Shown here in pieces: positions 16,978 through 30,270 of a DNA stretch of 64,000 nucleotides; the stretch's first letter is position 1, and every line of letters starts with the position of its first letter. The stretch lies in the NCBI RefSeq assembly GCF_009914755.1, contig NC_060947.1. One strand, given 5' to 3'. Position numbers and translations under genes: made by a program. The notes beneath the pieces were generated by a model that saw nothing but the letters and a program-made list of their open reading frames with translations, made no database searches and was not told the origin of the DNA. Source of the DNA: the human T2T-CHM13v2.0 reference genome, Homo sapiens.

Positions 16978-17599
16978 TGTTGGGGCTCAGAAAACAATAA
17001 CCTAAAATGAAGGCCTCATAAGCAAAAGTTTTTTCTCTGACCTTCTGACTTTCTGTTTCTCAGTCCCATTGTACCCTGAGGCTAGCCATAGAAATTAGAC
17101 TCCATCTTTCCTAAGGCACATCATAGAAACCAGAACTCCTTTTTCCCAAAGCCAGACATAAAACATAAAAATATTACTCTAGCTTTCCTTCTACCTTTTC
17201 ATGTAAAAACTGGTCATTAAGAAAAATCTGACCTACCTTGTTTGACTGTAGGTCATAAGGCCCTATTCCAGACAGGGTCCTTCCTTCACATGAAGAAAGG
17301 AATTCATGCTCTGAGAGGTCAAGAAGAATCTAAATACTCAGGCATTGCTGGGTTTCCCTATTCCAACTCTTACCATTAGATCACACCATTTTTGTCCAAT
17401 CACATTTCTACGTGACTGGTTTATACTTTGTTGAACCTAAGCGTAAAAATGGACAATTTCCCCTGTATCAGATGGTCTTCATTCTGAAGGTTCCTGTGTA
17501 TATACATTACATACATTTGTATGTCTTTTTTCCTATTAATCTGTCTTTTGCAAGTTGATTTTTCAGGGAACCTTTATAGGGTCCCCCTTGGCCTCTACA
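16978..17599 (+). mobile_element. Solo ERV1 LTR, MER39/MER34-like
   Basis: TGTTGGGGCTCAGAAAACAATA...GGCCTCTACA; flanks atat/ctat. Confidence 0.75.
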
Positions 17600-18199
17600 C
17601 TATTTATATTGTTAAGTCAACTCACTGCCCTAACATTAACTCGGAGAAGTACATCTAGGTGCTCGGGCCATGGTGGAGATGCCAGGAAAAGGGGCTTGAT
17701 TTAGATAATCCTACTCAGCCACCTGGAAGAAGGAGTTATACAGACAAGAGACCTGATATTCTAGTGGGGATCATCTTCCAGTCCTGTGTTATACAACAGG
17801 AGCAGCAACAGTATTATCATTCAATGCCTTCTTTAGGCCCAAAGAGTATATCATAGACCCAGGAATAGTAGCCCAAATACAAAGTGCAGGAATAGTGACT
17901 TTAAAGAATGAGTAAGTTTATAACCATCACTTGCTATATCATGAATAGAAACAATCAAATGATGCATAAACATTCATGCTGAGGATTAATAAGGTCAGAA
18001 TTCTATTTGACATTTTAAAGTAAAGAGAGAAGCAATATTGAACTACATACACAAAACAAATGAGTAAATGGTTAAATATTTTTGGCTAGATAAGAAAAAG
18101 ATGTTATTCTTAGAAGAAAAGGAGGATGAAATAATATGTCATTCTAGAACCATTTCATCGTGAACATACTTTAACCTAACTAACCCATGAAAGAGTAGA

Positions 18200-18656
18200 A
18201 TATGGAATGAGAGAAAAAATAACTTTACATTTGAGAAACCTGGCAACTACTAACTTGACCAGGTGAACAAGGTTATCGTCAGTAAAAAGTCACGCTGATT
18301 ACATGTCCCCTTTCTCTGATGTGTGATGAGAATGGCACTTCATCTATGTTGTTTTCCTCCCACGAACCCCAAACCCCAGTCTAACCCTGAAAAAACATTA
18401 TGAAAAGAAAACAAATTGAGGGATGTTCCACAAAATACCTGAGAAGCATTCCTCAAAACTTTCAAGATCATCAAAAAAAAGGAAAGTCTGAGAAACTGTC
18501 ATAGCCCAGAGAAGGCTAAGAAGACATAACAAATAAATTTAACAGAAAAAGACTAAAAAAACTAGTGAAGCCTAAATAAATAAGCCTATGGAGTTTAATT
18601 AGAAGTAATGTACAGACTTTGGTTCCTAACTTGTGATAATTGTACCATAGTACTAA
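18200..18656 (+). mobile_element. Old L1 (L1MC-type) 3' fragment
   Basis: aactttaca..gagaaacctggcaa...gatgagaatggcacttca...cctcaaaact..caagatcatcaaaaa..ggaaagtctgagaaactgtca. Confidence 0.65.
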
Positions 18657-19360
18657 TGAAACTGCCTTTGCAAAAAATCATAACTGAGAAAATTATTACA
18701 GTGAAAGAGAACTGACCTAACTTACTCCATCTTGCTTTGAACCTGCAAGCTGTCCTTGTTCATTCCTGTGTGTAGGCTGAACTAACTTTGGGAGGATGTT
18801 AGTTTCTAGTTTCACTTTGAAAGAAAGATGATAGCAGATCTTTCCCAAAACAAAACTCTTTTCTGCCTAGGGACTAGACAGCCTTTGGAGGACTAATAAA
18901 TTATCTACAAGATTAGAAATTATGCAAGATTCTAAGCCTCCCCAAATTATTCCTGGGGATGACGTCACTATTGTAAAACCTAAGATCAGTGCTTGAGAGA
19001 TTTTGCAGACTCCACTCAATGGATCAGCTGGCACCACCCAGATTGATAAACTGACTCATCTGATTTTTTGCCCCCCACCCAGAAAATGACCCAGCACAAG
19101 AGGACAGCTTCAACTCTCTATGATTTCATTTCAGACCCAACCAATGAGAACTCCTGACTCACTTGCCCCCAACCCACCAAATTATCCTTAAAAAGTACCA
19201 TCCCCGAATTCTTGGGGAAACTGATTTGAGTAATAATAAAACTTCAGTCTCCCACACACCCAGCTCTGCGTGAATTACTCTTTCTGCATTGCAATTTCTC
19301 TGTATTGATAAATTGGCTCTGTTTAGGCCGTGAACAAGGTGAACCAATTAGGCAGTTACA
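18657..19360 (+). mobile_element. LTR8-family LTR (LTR8A-like), 5' LTR
   Basis: TGAAACTGCCTTTGCAAAAAATCATAACTGAG...GGCAGTTACA with internal AATAAA, followed by a PBS. Confidence 0.88.
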
Positions 19361-19364
19361 AATT

Positions 19365-19382
19365 TGGGGGCTCATTTGGGAC
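19365..19382 (+). promoter_or_regulatory. Retroviral primer-binding site, tRNA-Pro
   Basis: tgggggctcatttgggac vs TGGGGGCTCGTCCGGGAT (14/18), 4 bp after the LTR. Confidence 0.75.
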
Positions 19383-20418
19383 CACCCTTGTGGCTACCTT
19401 CCTGTTGCTCAATAGATCCTCTCTGGTGACATATCCAGAAGCCAGCCCAAGTGGCTGCCTAGTTCTCTTCGATGGGGGGCTGATTCTGGCACTGTCTCTA
19501 CCAGTGGGGCACTGCTGAACCATGATTCATGGATTTAATTGCAATAGAGAAATAGTTCCTGGAAAGAAGTCTTTAAATTGGCCAGGTGGTTATTCTAGCC
19601 ACTACTAACACTTCCTTCTCCTGATTGATATGGCTCCCTTAGGGTCTTGGTTTGGGTCCTTCAGGGTTCTCAGTTTGGATTCTTCAGGGTCTCGGTTCAG
19701 CTCCTTCAGGGTCTCCGTCGACCCTCCTTAAATAGGAGGTTAGTTTGTAAGGAATACTCTTGGAATTATTGGGTAGGGCTCATGGTTTGAAAGGCCTTCT
19801 GTCAACCTTGTCTTTGTTGTATGTGCATTTGTACATGTGGAAGGGATCTTGGAAGGAATTGCTGATGGAAGTCCAGCAGGCCTAAACCTGAGAACCCTCC
19901 TTAAGGGTGGTCACATTCAGTGAGCCTTAAAGGAATTGTTAGCAGAAGCTCAAGAGGCCTGACTTAAGGTGACTGTTTGTTCTTTATCTTACCCAGAGAC
20001 CACCTACTGAGTTCCTGGTCAGGAGGTCATCCCTTCCCACCTGGAGTAGATGAAAGATGACAGGGACCAGCAGGAGAAACTTTGAGCTTTGCCAGATTGA
20101 TATTGGGTGCTAAATTAGGTGACTAGTGTTTGTTTTGTGTATTTTGCTTTGGCTTGGATGGGAAATGTTAATTCGGTTCCCCATGTACCCCATTAGGCAG
20201 CATCTTGAAAAACTGAGAGGCTTTTGTCTATGGCTCCATAAAACAGAAAATGATACTTTTCTTTTATAATGTGGCTTGCCCCCACAGCTATGGCAGTGAG
20301 CAAGGTCATCAAAAGCTGCTCCATTCTTCCGGAAGCTGCCCAAAAAGGGGAACTCAGAAATGCCAGCAAAAAGGACAAGGATTTGTTACCATCCAGATTT
20401 CTGCCCCCCCGCCCTCCA

Positions 20419-20425
20419 TGTGTGT

Positions 20426-20464
<39 letters not shown>

Positions 20465-20470
20465 TGTGTG
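20419..20470 (+). repeat. (TG)n microsatellite
   Basis: Directly visible. Confidence 0.95.
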
Positions 20471-22712
20471 AATAGTAAACATCACTGTCTCCTCTGCAAG
20501 GGTTTGTTTAATAGAAAAAAAGGATTTGTGAGACTAGTCTCAGGCTGTAGCGAATCTGGTGTACTTTGTGCTATCAATTTGTCTTTCTGTGTCATTCTGT
20601 AATGGAGAGAGGGGTATCACAGAATTGAACATGGGCTTCAGACTCCTATAAGCCTGTTCTTCAAGCCAGCCTGTCTGACTGATCAGTTACAAACTTTGCT
20701 GCAGGTCCCCAAAACTAATACCAGATGAGATATTCCTCTCATCTTGTTTTAGGTCCTAGAAAGCTTGACTTTGGGACCATGTGGGGGTAACTTCTCATGG
20801 CCTCCACCATCCAGAGAACATGAATTCTGGGATTCATGTCAGGTGACCAGTCTGAAAGGACACATGATAGTGTCATGTCTGGCCTTAAGAATTCTCTTGA
20901 GCAGTTAAGTCATTTGCAAGTTCAAAAATGACTGTCCTAGACCCCTTCTAGGAAGAGCAACAGTAGCTACTCTGTGCTTTAGCTCAATAGCTAAAGCTCT
21001 GTTCTTTCACAACATGTCCTGGGTTTAATTCCTAGCTAAGGGAATGAGTCATTTCTGCTTTATTATTTGCGTAACTTTTTGCCAGTTATTGATTCTTTCT
21101 CCCCCATGGACAGCTTCTGATTTCCTGTCTTGAATTTTCCTGTCTCTGAACTGCTTTTGGGGAGATTCTAAATCTTCTAAAACACAAAACAAAACAAAAA
21201 ACTGCTTACCATCCCTTTGAGACATCTTATGCATCCATGGTTAAGTTATAAACTTAGTTAAGACTTATTAATTTCACATGGGAGATTACCTGTGGTAAAA
21301 TTCAAAATCCAGAAATATTGACTGTCTGTCCTTGCTAGAGTCTAGTAATAAGAGTTTTTAAATAAATAGTAGCTCTGTGTTAAAATCAGCTTAATTAAAA
21401 GTGGATGCCCAAGGTATGTATATATTTAAAAGGCCTTTATGCTTTTTCTCTTCTTGAAAAAAAATTTTTTTGAAAAAAAAAATTTATTTGTTTATTTTTC
21501 TTCTCAGTTGACTGGAGTATTTCCCCAGTCTGTCTTCTTGCCATTCTTCATGCCCAAAGAAGAACTCCTAAGATAATTTCTGATAGCCTGGAATTCCTTG
21601 GGAAAAACAGAGAAGATTTTTCCCAAGAAAACGAACTCATTTTGGGAGAAATCTCTGTTTTTATCATGGAACCCCAGGAACTGCAAGCAGACAGGTCCTT
21701 CTCAAAATGTAAGGCTCTGCTCTGTTTTGCATTAGATTACCTGATCTTTGTGCATTTTAGGGGCATCAGAAATTACTTTAGTAAGGAAGAGAGATATAAA
21801 GAAAGTTACAGATATGAAGATATACTTATGGTAAGGAAGAAATTTTATATTATAAAGGATCTTTTACGGTAAATTATTGTCCTAAAGTAGAATGACTAAT
21901 TATTTAGGAAAGAGGGAAATATAAGACAAGTTAGAAAGTCCAAGCATGTCATAGAGGGTCTGTGTAAGTTGTGATCGGGTTCATAAAATAGGAAAGAAAA
22001 ATTTACAGCTGCTAGATCTTCTTTTGTCTGTGTATTTACAAGTGTTTTTTGTGTGTGATGTTTATATAAAGAATTTCTAATTAATCAGCTTAAAGAAAAT
22101 GAAAGCACTTAAATATTTTGACAGAAAAAATCTCTAATGCTGTTTAGTTTATGTGACTTTAGTAATTTTTTTGTAAATAAAATGTTAAAGATTATTGGTA
22201 AAATAAAAATATCTTCAAAATATAGACATTTGGTCTAAATTAAGTCAGAGAATAAATTTGCTAAATGCTTTAATGTCATAAACTGCTTCTTTGACTTTTG
22301 AAAATTGTTCAATTTATCTGCTTTGGAACCATTAGTTTCTAGGTTGGGCCTGGGTACGTGTGGAGTTATCCATGCCTCCTAGCTATGCTGGAAAGAGTCA
22401 GAATTATCTGCAATTCTGTCCTGTATCCTAGACTCTGAACCTGGTACATAATTTAAATAGCTTACACTAAAAGGAAAAATTGTGTTTTTTTGATAAAAAG
22501 GCATGGTAATATTATTTTTTTTAAAAACTAATTTTGTCTAATTTAGAAAGTTTAAGAATTATTTTTAGTTGAAAAATAAAATACAAATGAAAGTTTAAGC
22601 AAGTTATAGAAGGTTGGTGAACAATTAACTTTGTAACGAATTCTGTATGTCAGCAAGTTGACTAAAATTAAAAGGATATTATTTAGTTCTTCCATAATGT
22701 AAATATTAAAAC

Positions 22713-22994
<282 letters not shown>

Positions 22995-23690
22995 TCAATA
23001 AAACAGAGTTTTATTTTTGGAGCATTGATTATTCTTTAACAAGAAAAAATTATAAAGATTTATAAAAAGTTTATGAAAATCTTACCTTGTGTTAAAACTA
23101 ATTAAAACTGGACAGATTTATAAAATTTTATTAAAAACTAACTTTAGCATTTAAAATGCACTAATGCCAAAATAAAATTTGAATTTTTCTTTTGAAAAAG
23201 ATTTTTATATAATATTGAGAGACAGTAAAAAATTTTTGTTGGTTTGCCTTTTAAGTAAACTGCAAAAAAAGGAGAAGAGAGAGAGAAGCAATAGATTCAG
23301 TTGGCCTCATGCTATCTTCATTGAGTCTTGCTGTTTGGAAAGCTGAGTCTCCTCTCTGATAGAGAGGAGAAAAATTTTAAAAATTGTCTTTTCCCTTTTA
23401 AAATTTTTGAGTTATCATTTTGAATAAATGAATGACTTATGGTGACCTGGGATTCTATTTTGTGATGTCAATGGTTTTAAACCATTGATACTTGACAAAC
23501 TTTCCAAGATAGAATTCTGAGTTAAGTTGTAAAAAAAAATTAGATCCTCTAAAGTCCAAAAGAGACATATTATGCTTACTTGATGTATTAAAATCACACA
23601 GAAAGCATTGTCAAATATAATACAGTTTTTAACTTAGTTTGGGTTATATTCATATAAAATTAATTTCTTCAGAATTTAGAAAATATCTTA

Positions 23691-23788
23691 TTTCTCCAGA
23701 ATTTAGAAACTATTTGTTAGTATTCTCAACTTACATCAGTGTAGTTATTTGCATAAGTGCAATAAGAATCTGTATTCTTTTGTAACAT
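23691..23788 (+). repeat. 98-bp direct duplicate of 24261-24358
   Basis: Ungapped alignment at offset 570 with 10 mismatches by hand count. Confidence 0.9.
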
Positions 23789-24959
23789 GCTATTAATGTG
23801 TTATAAAATTGCATAGTATTTCTATAATTCTGTTTTGTCTCAGCATATGTTACCAGTAATAATTATAACTTTTATGTTAAATTGCTGTGTGTCAAAGAGA
23901 TGACAAGATTTCCTTATTTAATGCATTTTTAACTATGGCTGTCCTGAGAATTTTGTCACCCACAGACAATTGTTGTCTTGTTTTAATCCTTTTCAAAAGG
24001 TGATTTATAGTTATAGAGCTCTGACCAGGTACTCTTGAATGCAGATCTCTGATAACTTTAAAATTGTACCATTAGAATAGAGAAAAAAACAAATTTCTAA
24101 GACTTTCATGGAGAGGTGATATATTAAACATTAGTAATCCTTTTATTTTCAGAGTCAAGAGAACTTTTTTTTTCTTTTGAGCTATTCACAATTTATAGCA
24201 ATTGAGTAAATTATACTCCTGTAAGCATAATTTAGAGCATGTTGTTTTCTTACTACCTGATTTCTCTAGAATTTAGAAACTATTGGTGAGTATTCTCAAC
24301 TTATGGCAGTGTAGTTATTTGCATAAGTGCAATACGAATCTGCTTTCTCTTGTAACATAACAAAATTGGAGATGCTGATTATTTTACCAAGGCTTTGACT
24401 AGAATGGCATAATTTCAAATATAAATAGACTATTTTAAAAAATTAAAGTTGACTTATAAAGCCAATAAATTCCCCTTGGAAAAACTGGCCTCCTACCTTG
24501 TCTTCACAGTCCCTGTACAGCAGGGATCCTTTATACTTTCAGTTCATTCATATGTGGTCACAAAGATACAAGAAGGATATTATTACAATATATCATATTC
24601 TACAGGGGAAATCAACTAAATGTGGTGATTTTTGTCTGTAATCATTCTCTGAGTCTTCAAAAACAATGTATTTTCTAAAGCTTTCTAAAGCCAAATAGAT
24701 TCATCTTTAAATTGTCATAAGCTCCATAGACTGTTAAAAGCTACCTGGTATCTTAAATGCTAGAGCATCTCAGGGCTTTCCTCCTGAGATGCTGACTTTC
24801 TTGGCTTCTCACCCTCTTCTCTTTCTTTGGAACATTTTACGCTTTCCCACCTCTAAGCTGTGATTTTTTTTACCTCCCTCTCCCCACTTCCAAAACAATC
24901 TCTATTTACATGTGTGACTGTATTTATATAAGAATATAATGGAGCTCATGTTTACCATC

Positions 24960-25060
24960 CTACTGTAAATTCACGAAAATGTTTTATTCATCTTTGCATT
25001 TGCAAATCCTACTGCAGTGCCCAACACATGGAAGGGCTCAGAAATGTTTGTTGCATACAC
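24960..25060 (+). mobile_element. L2 3' end fragment
   Basis: cagtgcccaacacatggaagggctcagaaatgtttgttg resembles the L2 terminus. Confidence 0.5.
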
Positions 25061-28000
25061 AAAAAGGACTGAAATTTTCAATCTCTTCTCCTACCATATG
25101 TTGCCATGTAAACAATACTCTAGCTAACCCATTGCTCACCTTAGAACATATGTAGAAATTTGTGCATGCTATTTTCTCCACCTGAAACACTGTTATCCCT
25201 CTTTTCTCTCTAATGCTCATTACCTTTTGGCCAAATGCATGAATACACTGAATTTAGAGAAGTTTTACATTGTTCCTTAAGGTCAGTCTCTGACAATATT
25301 GGGAATGGATATTAAGGCTAAATTAGGTGATGTATTACAAAACAATATCTACAAAAAGAAGGCACAAATAATTCAGATTTTAAATTGTCAGAAAAAATGA
25401 AACCCTAATCACTGGATATTGAAACAAAACAAATCTATGTAGTTGATTGCACACAGAAGTGTGTGCAATTGGTGAAGGAATGAACTGGATATGGACAGAT
25501 TTTTAAAAATGAACTGCCAAATAAGAATTATTGCTCCCTACATCCAAAAAAGTACTGGGAACTTTATTGTTTGGAATTCTAAAGCCTTCTATTTGCACGA
25601 ACATATCAACAACAACAACACAAAGCAAAGAGCAACTGAATGGGCATAAATCTGTAGTATTTGTATTGTTTACCCAATGTCACTTAATGCAGGTAATACT
25701 TCCAGATAGAAGCAAATCATTGTCCAGAGAAACAGTGAAAAGCCTAAAACTAGTTTACAACTGGGTACTGATTCACTGTATATTTTTCATTAAAAGATAC
25801 TTGGTGTTTATCTTCATATTTCTCTTTAGGTCAAAAAGGCATACTTTTAAGTTTGTATTTATTTTCTTATCCCTGATTCCTCCAATTATAGATGTACCTG
25901 AAATCTTTCTTGTATTCCTATCTGACTCAAGTGTTTCACTGAAGCCACATTAACCTTCCTGTGTCCATCTCTGTCAGATTATTCTCAATACCACTTCAGT
26001 TGGTATTGATTGTATTCTTAAATCCTTTCTGCATGCCTTATGTACTTTGCACAAACCTCTGCAATTCTCTGACTCCGCAACTGTGCTTTCTGTGATTAGC
26101 CTTAATTTTATGTGTTGGTTGGAATTGGAAGGAGATCAGACATGGGTGTAAAAGCATGTTCTCCCTTATAAAATCTGGAACTACATACTCATAAAATAAT
26201 CACAACTGTAAATTATTAGTCAGCATATTTTTCCCTAACATAGATATGTGAAAATTGTTTATGAGTTAAAAAAAGTACTATAGAATAAAATCTATACTTG
26301 CTACTTTTATTTCTTAGGCTGAAGATACAAAGTTTATGAATATTGAAATATATACTTTTTTGACCCAGCAAAAATAACTAGGAAGAAGTTAGCATTAAAT
26401 AGTATATGAATAAAGTAATCAGACAGTCTTTAGAAGCCTTCTATAAGCATTATATGCACAGACTTCTCTATAATGTATACATTGACTTCACATATATATT
26501 CATATCTATGTTTGGATAACAATAATATCTAACTCTATATTTGCATGGTTCATGTGCAAGCATGGTTATTTTTATGACTTTTACAATTCAAGTATGAGCA
26601 ATACAGATTTCATTAATTCAAGAAAAATCCAACCAATGCCCATCCTGCAAATAACTGTTACAAAGGAAAAAGGAAGTGGCATGTAAAGATTTTTTTCCTT
26701 TACCAAAAAAGTTAAAGTCACAAAAATAATAATTAAGTGATGCAAAACATCAAGAAAGGCTGCAATGTTTATGAAGTTTAATTCAACTCAACAGGTGTAG
26801 AGAATTCTGATCTTCATACACAAAAACCCAAAAACTAACAAAAACCCCTCAAAAGCCCAATTTTGGAATTTGTCTTTTTATCTGTTCATCCATAGAGTAC
26901 TCCCAACTCTTCACATGACACTGGCTAATAAGGGGGTAAAGAAAGAAAATGAGAAACACAAGGTCACACACTGTTCCAATATTCTCCAGGTTATGCATAA
27001 GTGCTTGGAAAATGCATTCCTGGTCTATGGTAGATCCTAACCAAAACAGCGCCCAGGCAGCTTATGAAGTACACCATAACAGTTCTCTTAAGGAGGACTG
27101 TGAGACAGAGAAAGCATCATAGTAGAACTTCCCTTACTGTACACTGCATATTGTTCTTTGCACTGTAAGGGAGGAGACAGAGGCTCCCTTTCTACCAATT
27201 CTTCTTTTTTAAAAAAACTTTTAAATAGTCTTTGAGATGACCATAATTCTACTGCCTGTTTTAAGCAGTATTCCCAAGAGAAAAGCATGCTTGAATACCT
27301 ACACATGTCTTGTGAAGCAGTCTTGAAACTGCAAAATTTATGTTGTCTTCCTACAACTCTACAACCAGACACATTTGCCTCCTTTACAGATGACAAAGAG
27401 GGGTTTTAAAATGAATCTCACCTAGGCAGAACTCCTACAGCTGGATTCAGCCGTTAATAACTTTTGATGTCAAATTAATTTTTAGTCTCTGTGCAATGTA
27501 CTACATTCAGCCAGACTACTGTTTGGATACATTCAAAGTTGGTAGAGAATAGTATTTGCTAAAAGATCATTTTTCATACTATTTCTTAGCACCAATTTAA
27601 GTAATGGGCACTGGCAGTTACTGTGGAAAATGAAGAGGAAAAAGAGTAAGGAAAATCTCATTTTATCAAACAACCAACTAGACCAAGTATGTCAAACACA
27701 TGCATTTTCATTTCACTAAAGAGAACAGGTTCAACAGAGCATTAAAGAACATATTACCACAGAGACAGCTCTATGGCAGCATAACAAATCAGGATACATC
27801 CAGGTTACTTTTCTGATTTATGGGTCCCACAGCATCCTTCTACCAAGATTGAGTCCCATGATAAGAGAGACAGATTAATTCTAAAGGCATATGTCATCCT
27901 TCATCTTATTCCCCATTCTCCAACAATTATGAATGAGATACCAATGTCTGAGGGACTATCAAATTAAGAGCTATAAGTATTTCAGGGATGGTCTAGATCT

Positions 28001-29249
28001 CAGTAAAAGAAATCCAAATAAGGTATCCCATATTCCCTAAAATAGAAAAATTATGATATTCTGCACGTACTGTAGCACTTGGTCTCCCTAACCCCAGCAA
28101 CAGGAAATTCTTATTTTATATCCCCAGCTTCTGTGTCTTTTGTTATTTAATTTACAGTGTTTGTTTTTACAGGCATTCCACATTTGTAAAATAACTTTGG
28201 TAACTGGGTGCCTAACATTCACTCATTCATTTCTCAAGGAATAAATCTCCAGTTGTTTCAATTCAAACCTCCAATATATGTGTTTTGAGTTAATGTGTAA
28301 TAAGAATAAATTACAAGTCAATATTTTTGTTATTGTACTACTCCATAAGAAAAATTAACATTAGGAATCTGATGACAATATTTCAACACCTAAAATATAT
28401 AAAGTTGTAAGGCAAAACTTCCATAGAAAACGAAAGCTAAATCTCACAGATTCTAATTTCTTCAGACATTACAGAGGAAAGGAGTTATTTTAAAACATTT
28501 TAGACAGCTAAAGGTCATGGAGCATGTGTGTGGGAGGAGAGAACCTGAGTAAGCATACTTATTTTCACTAGGGGACCAAGAGTAGACACAATCTTTACAA
28601 AATGCTCCTTTTCACTGCCTCAAAAGTAATTACACAATAATGGGTTGTCTTTCATGTGGCAAGATGACATTATTGCCCCAAGATTAGTAGGTTAAATGCT
28701 TTGAATTGTATATCCAGAAGTGAGGATAGTTTTTTTCACTGATTCACTGACATGCTCAGATCCAGTAGCTCCTTGTTCCCAGGAGCAAACATTTAAAAGG
28801 CCTAGGCCTAGGACTAGGGTAAGGGGCTCACCCTGTAGCCATATAATTGAATAAATCCAACCAGGCCACACGGGAGTCAAAATTATGTTGTCAGCCATGA
28901 CCTAGTTAGGTAAATAGCAATAGGTAAATAACTAGCCAGCAAGGTGCTTCATTAGTTTAGAAAAACACAGACAGTATAATTCCCCTAAGATTTTCATTCT
29001 AATAAAAGCTGGAGCTGAATAGAGCACTGGCTACTTTGTGGTTATCTCAGTTGGTTTACAAATAATCAAGAAATAAGAAAATTTCAAACTTGCAGCCCCT
29101 TTTATAAGTTTATATTAACTCTAGAAAGGTAGGCCAGTTCCCCCAAATTGTAGCAGATCAGCATGCAGGAGATAATGCACAACTGACATCCTCTCAGAGG
29201 CAGTTAGACTAAGAATCTTAAAAAAATGTGGCCCTCAGAACTCCACTGT

Positions 29250-29500
29250 TTAGTTTATTTCAACAAGCATTTAGTGAGTTCCTTTCCTTAAATGTGCCAG
29301 TTATAATATGTATTATACTATGAGCTGAGACCTTTAAGTTAAGAATGGCCCAGTACAGATCCCACAAGCTTGCTAACCGGTGGGGAAGACAGACACATAT
29401 ATAAACACCTTGATAAAGATGTATACAAAGAATGTTATAGGCTTACAGAGGAGAGGCTCTCAGAGGAGGCTATAAGAGTTAGCCAGATGGAAGGGGGGAC
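29250..29500 (-). mobile_element. L2 fragment
   Basis: tttatttcaacaagcatttagtgag...tgtgccag resembles a reverse L2 terminus. Confidence 0.45.
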
Positions 29501-30147
29501 TGGATGAGGAGGAAACAAAGGCATTTGGTGAATAATGTTCAGAACAAACAAACGTACACGTGTGTGGAATAGCATCTAAAATGTGGGGACAGATGGGGCT
29601 TCAAATAGTTTATAACTAAAGTGTGAACAAGGGATTTTTTGCTAAAGGTTTTAGTTTTACCTTTGTTTGTGAAATAACTCATTTTCCCTATGGTTTAATT
29701 TCATTGAGGGTACTTTAAAAAATATAGCTCCTTTCTCTTGTCTCCAAATTACGCATTGGCATTTTGCTTTCCCTGTAGCATTATATTTCACTTCTGCCTC
29801 TGCTACCTCCTTTCCCATTTCTGCCCCCAAATACTTCAAGGGAATATGAAAATCACCCAAAGGATGCAAGGAGCAAGCAGCTGTTTAAATATGCAAGGCA
29901 CTATCCGGAAAGAGAAAAAGGGCTTTAACAAAACTTGAAGGAGATACAACCTGAAGAGACGGTACAAGACTAGGAGTTGCTGTCCCATGTGGCAAACTTT
30001 GCCTTTTGTGGCCTATTGTCATAGGGACCCAAAAACCAGCCTGGAAAGAAACCTACTTCTGTGGAAGCAAGATTCTTATTGTAAAACCGGGTACCCTCCT
30101 CAGCTCCCATTTTAAAATTCAAACCACTCACTGCCTTATTCCTACAT

Positions 30148-30270
30148 CACCACGTCCCTCCCCCACCAATTCTGTCACCTCCCCCACCAATTCCCAATTT
30201 TGTCACCTCCCCAAGCAATTCCCACATCCCTCCCCCACCAGTTTTGTCATCTCCCCCACCAATTCCCACG
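30148..30270 (+). repeat. Imperfect C-rich tandem array, core ctcccccaccaatt, about 5 copies
   Basis: Directly visible; only one unit at the homologous site in copy A (~2520). Confidence 0.85.

Noticed and set aside
25531-25953. 140-aa ORF in unique DNA
   Set aside because: Non-ATG start, AT-rich hydrophobic composition and no recognisable domain; consistent with chance
27410-27480. Cluster of E-box, TCF-like and homeobox-like words
   Set aside because: Short motifs with no conservation or chromatin evidence available from the sequence alone
28798-28825. Short palindromic (cctagg)-like run
   Set aside because: Too short; expected from replication slippage
30148-30270. CRISPR-like repeat-spacer array
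   Set aside because: Mammalian DNA; units are degenerate and spacers are short and mutually related
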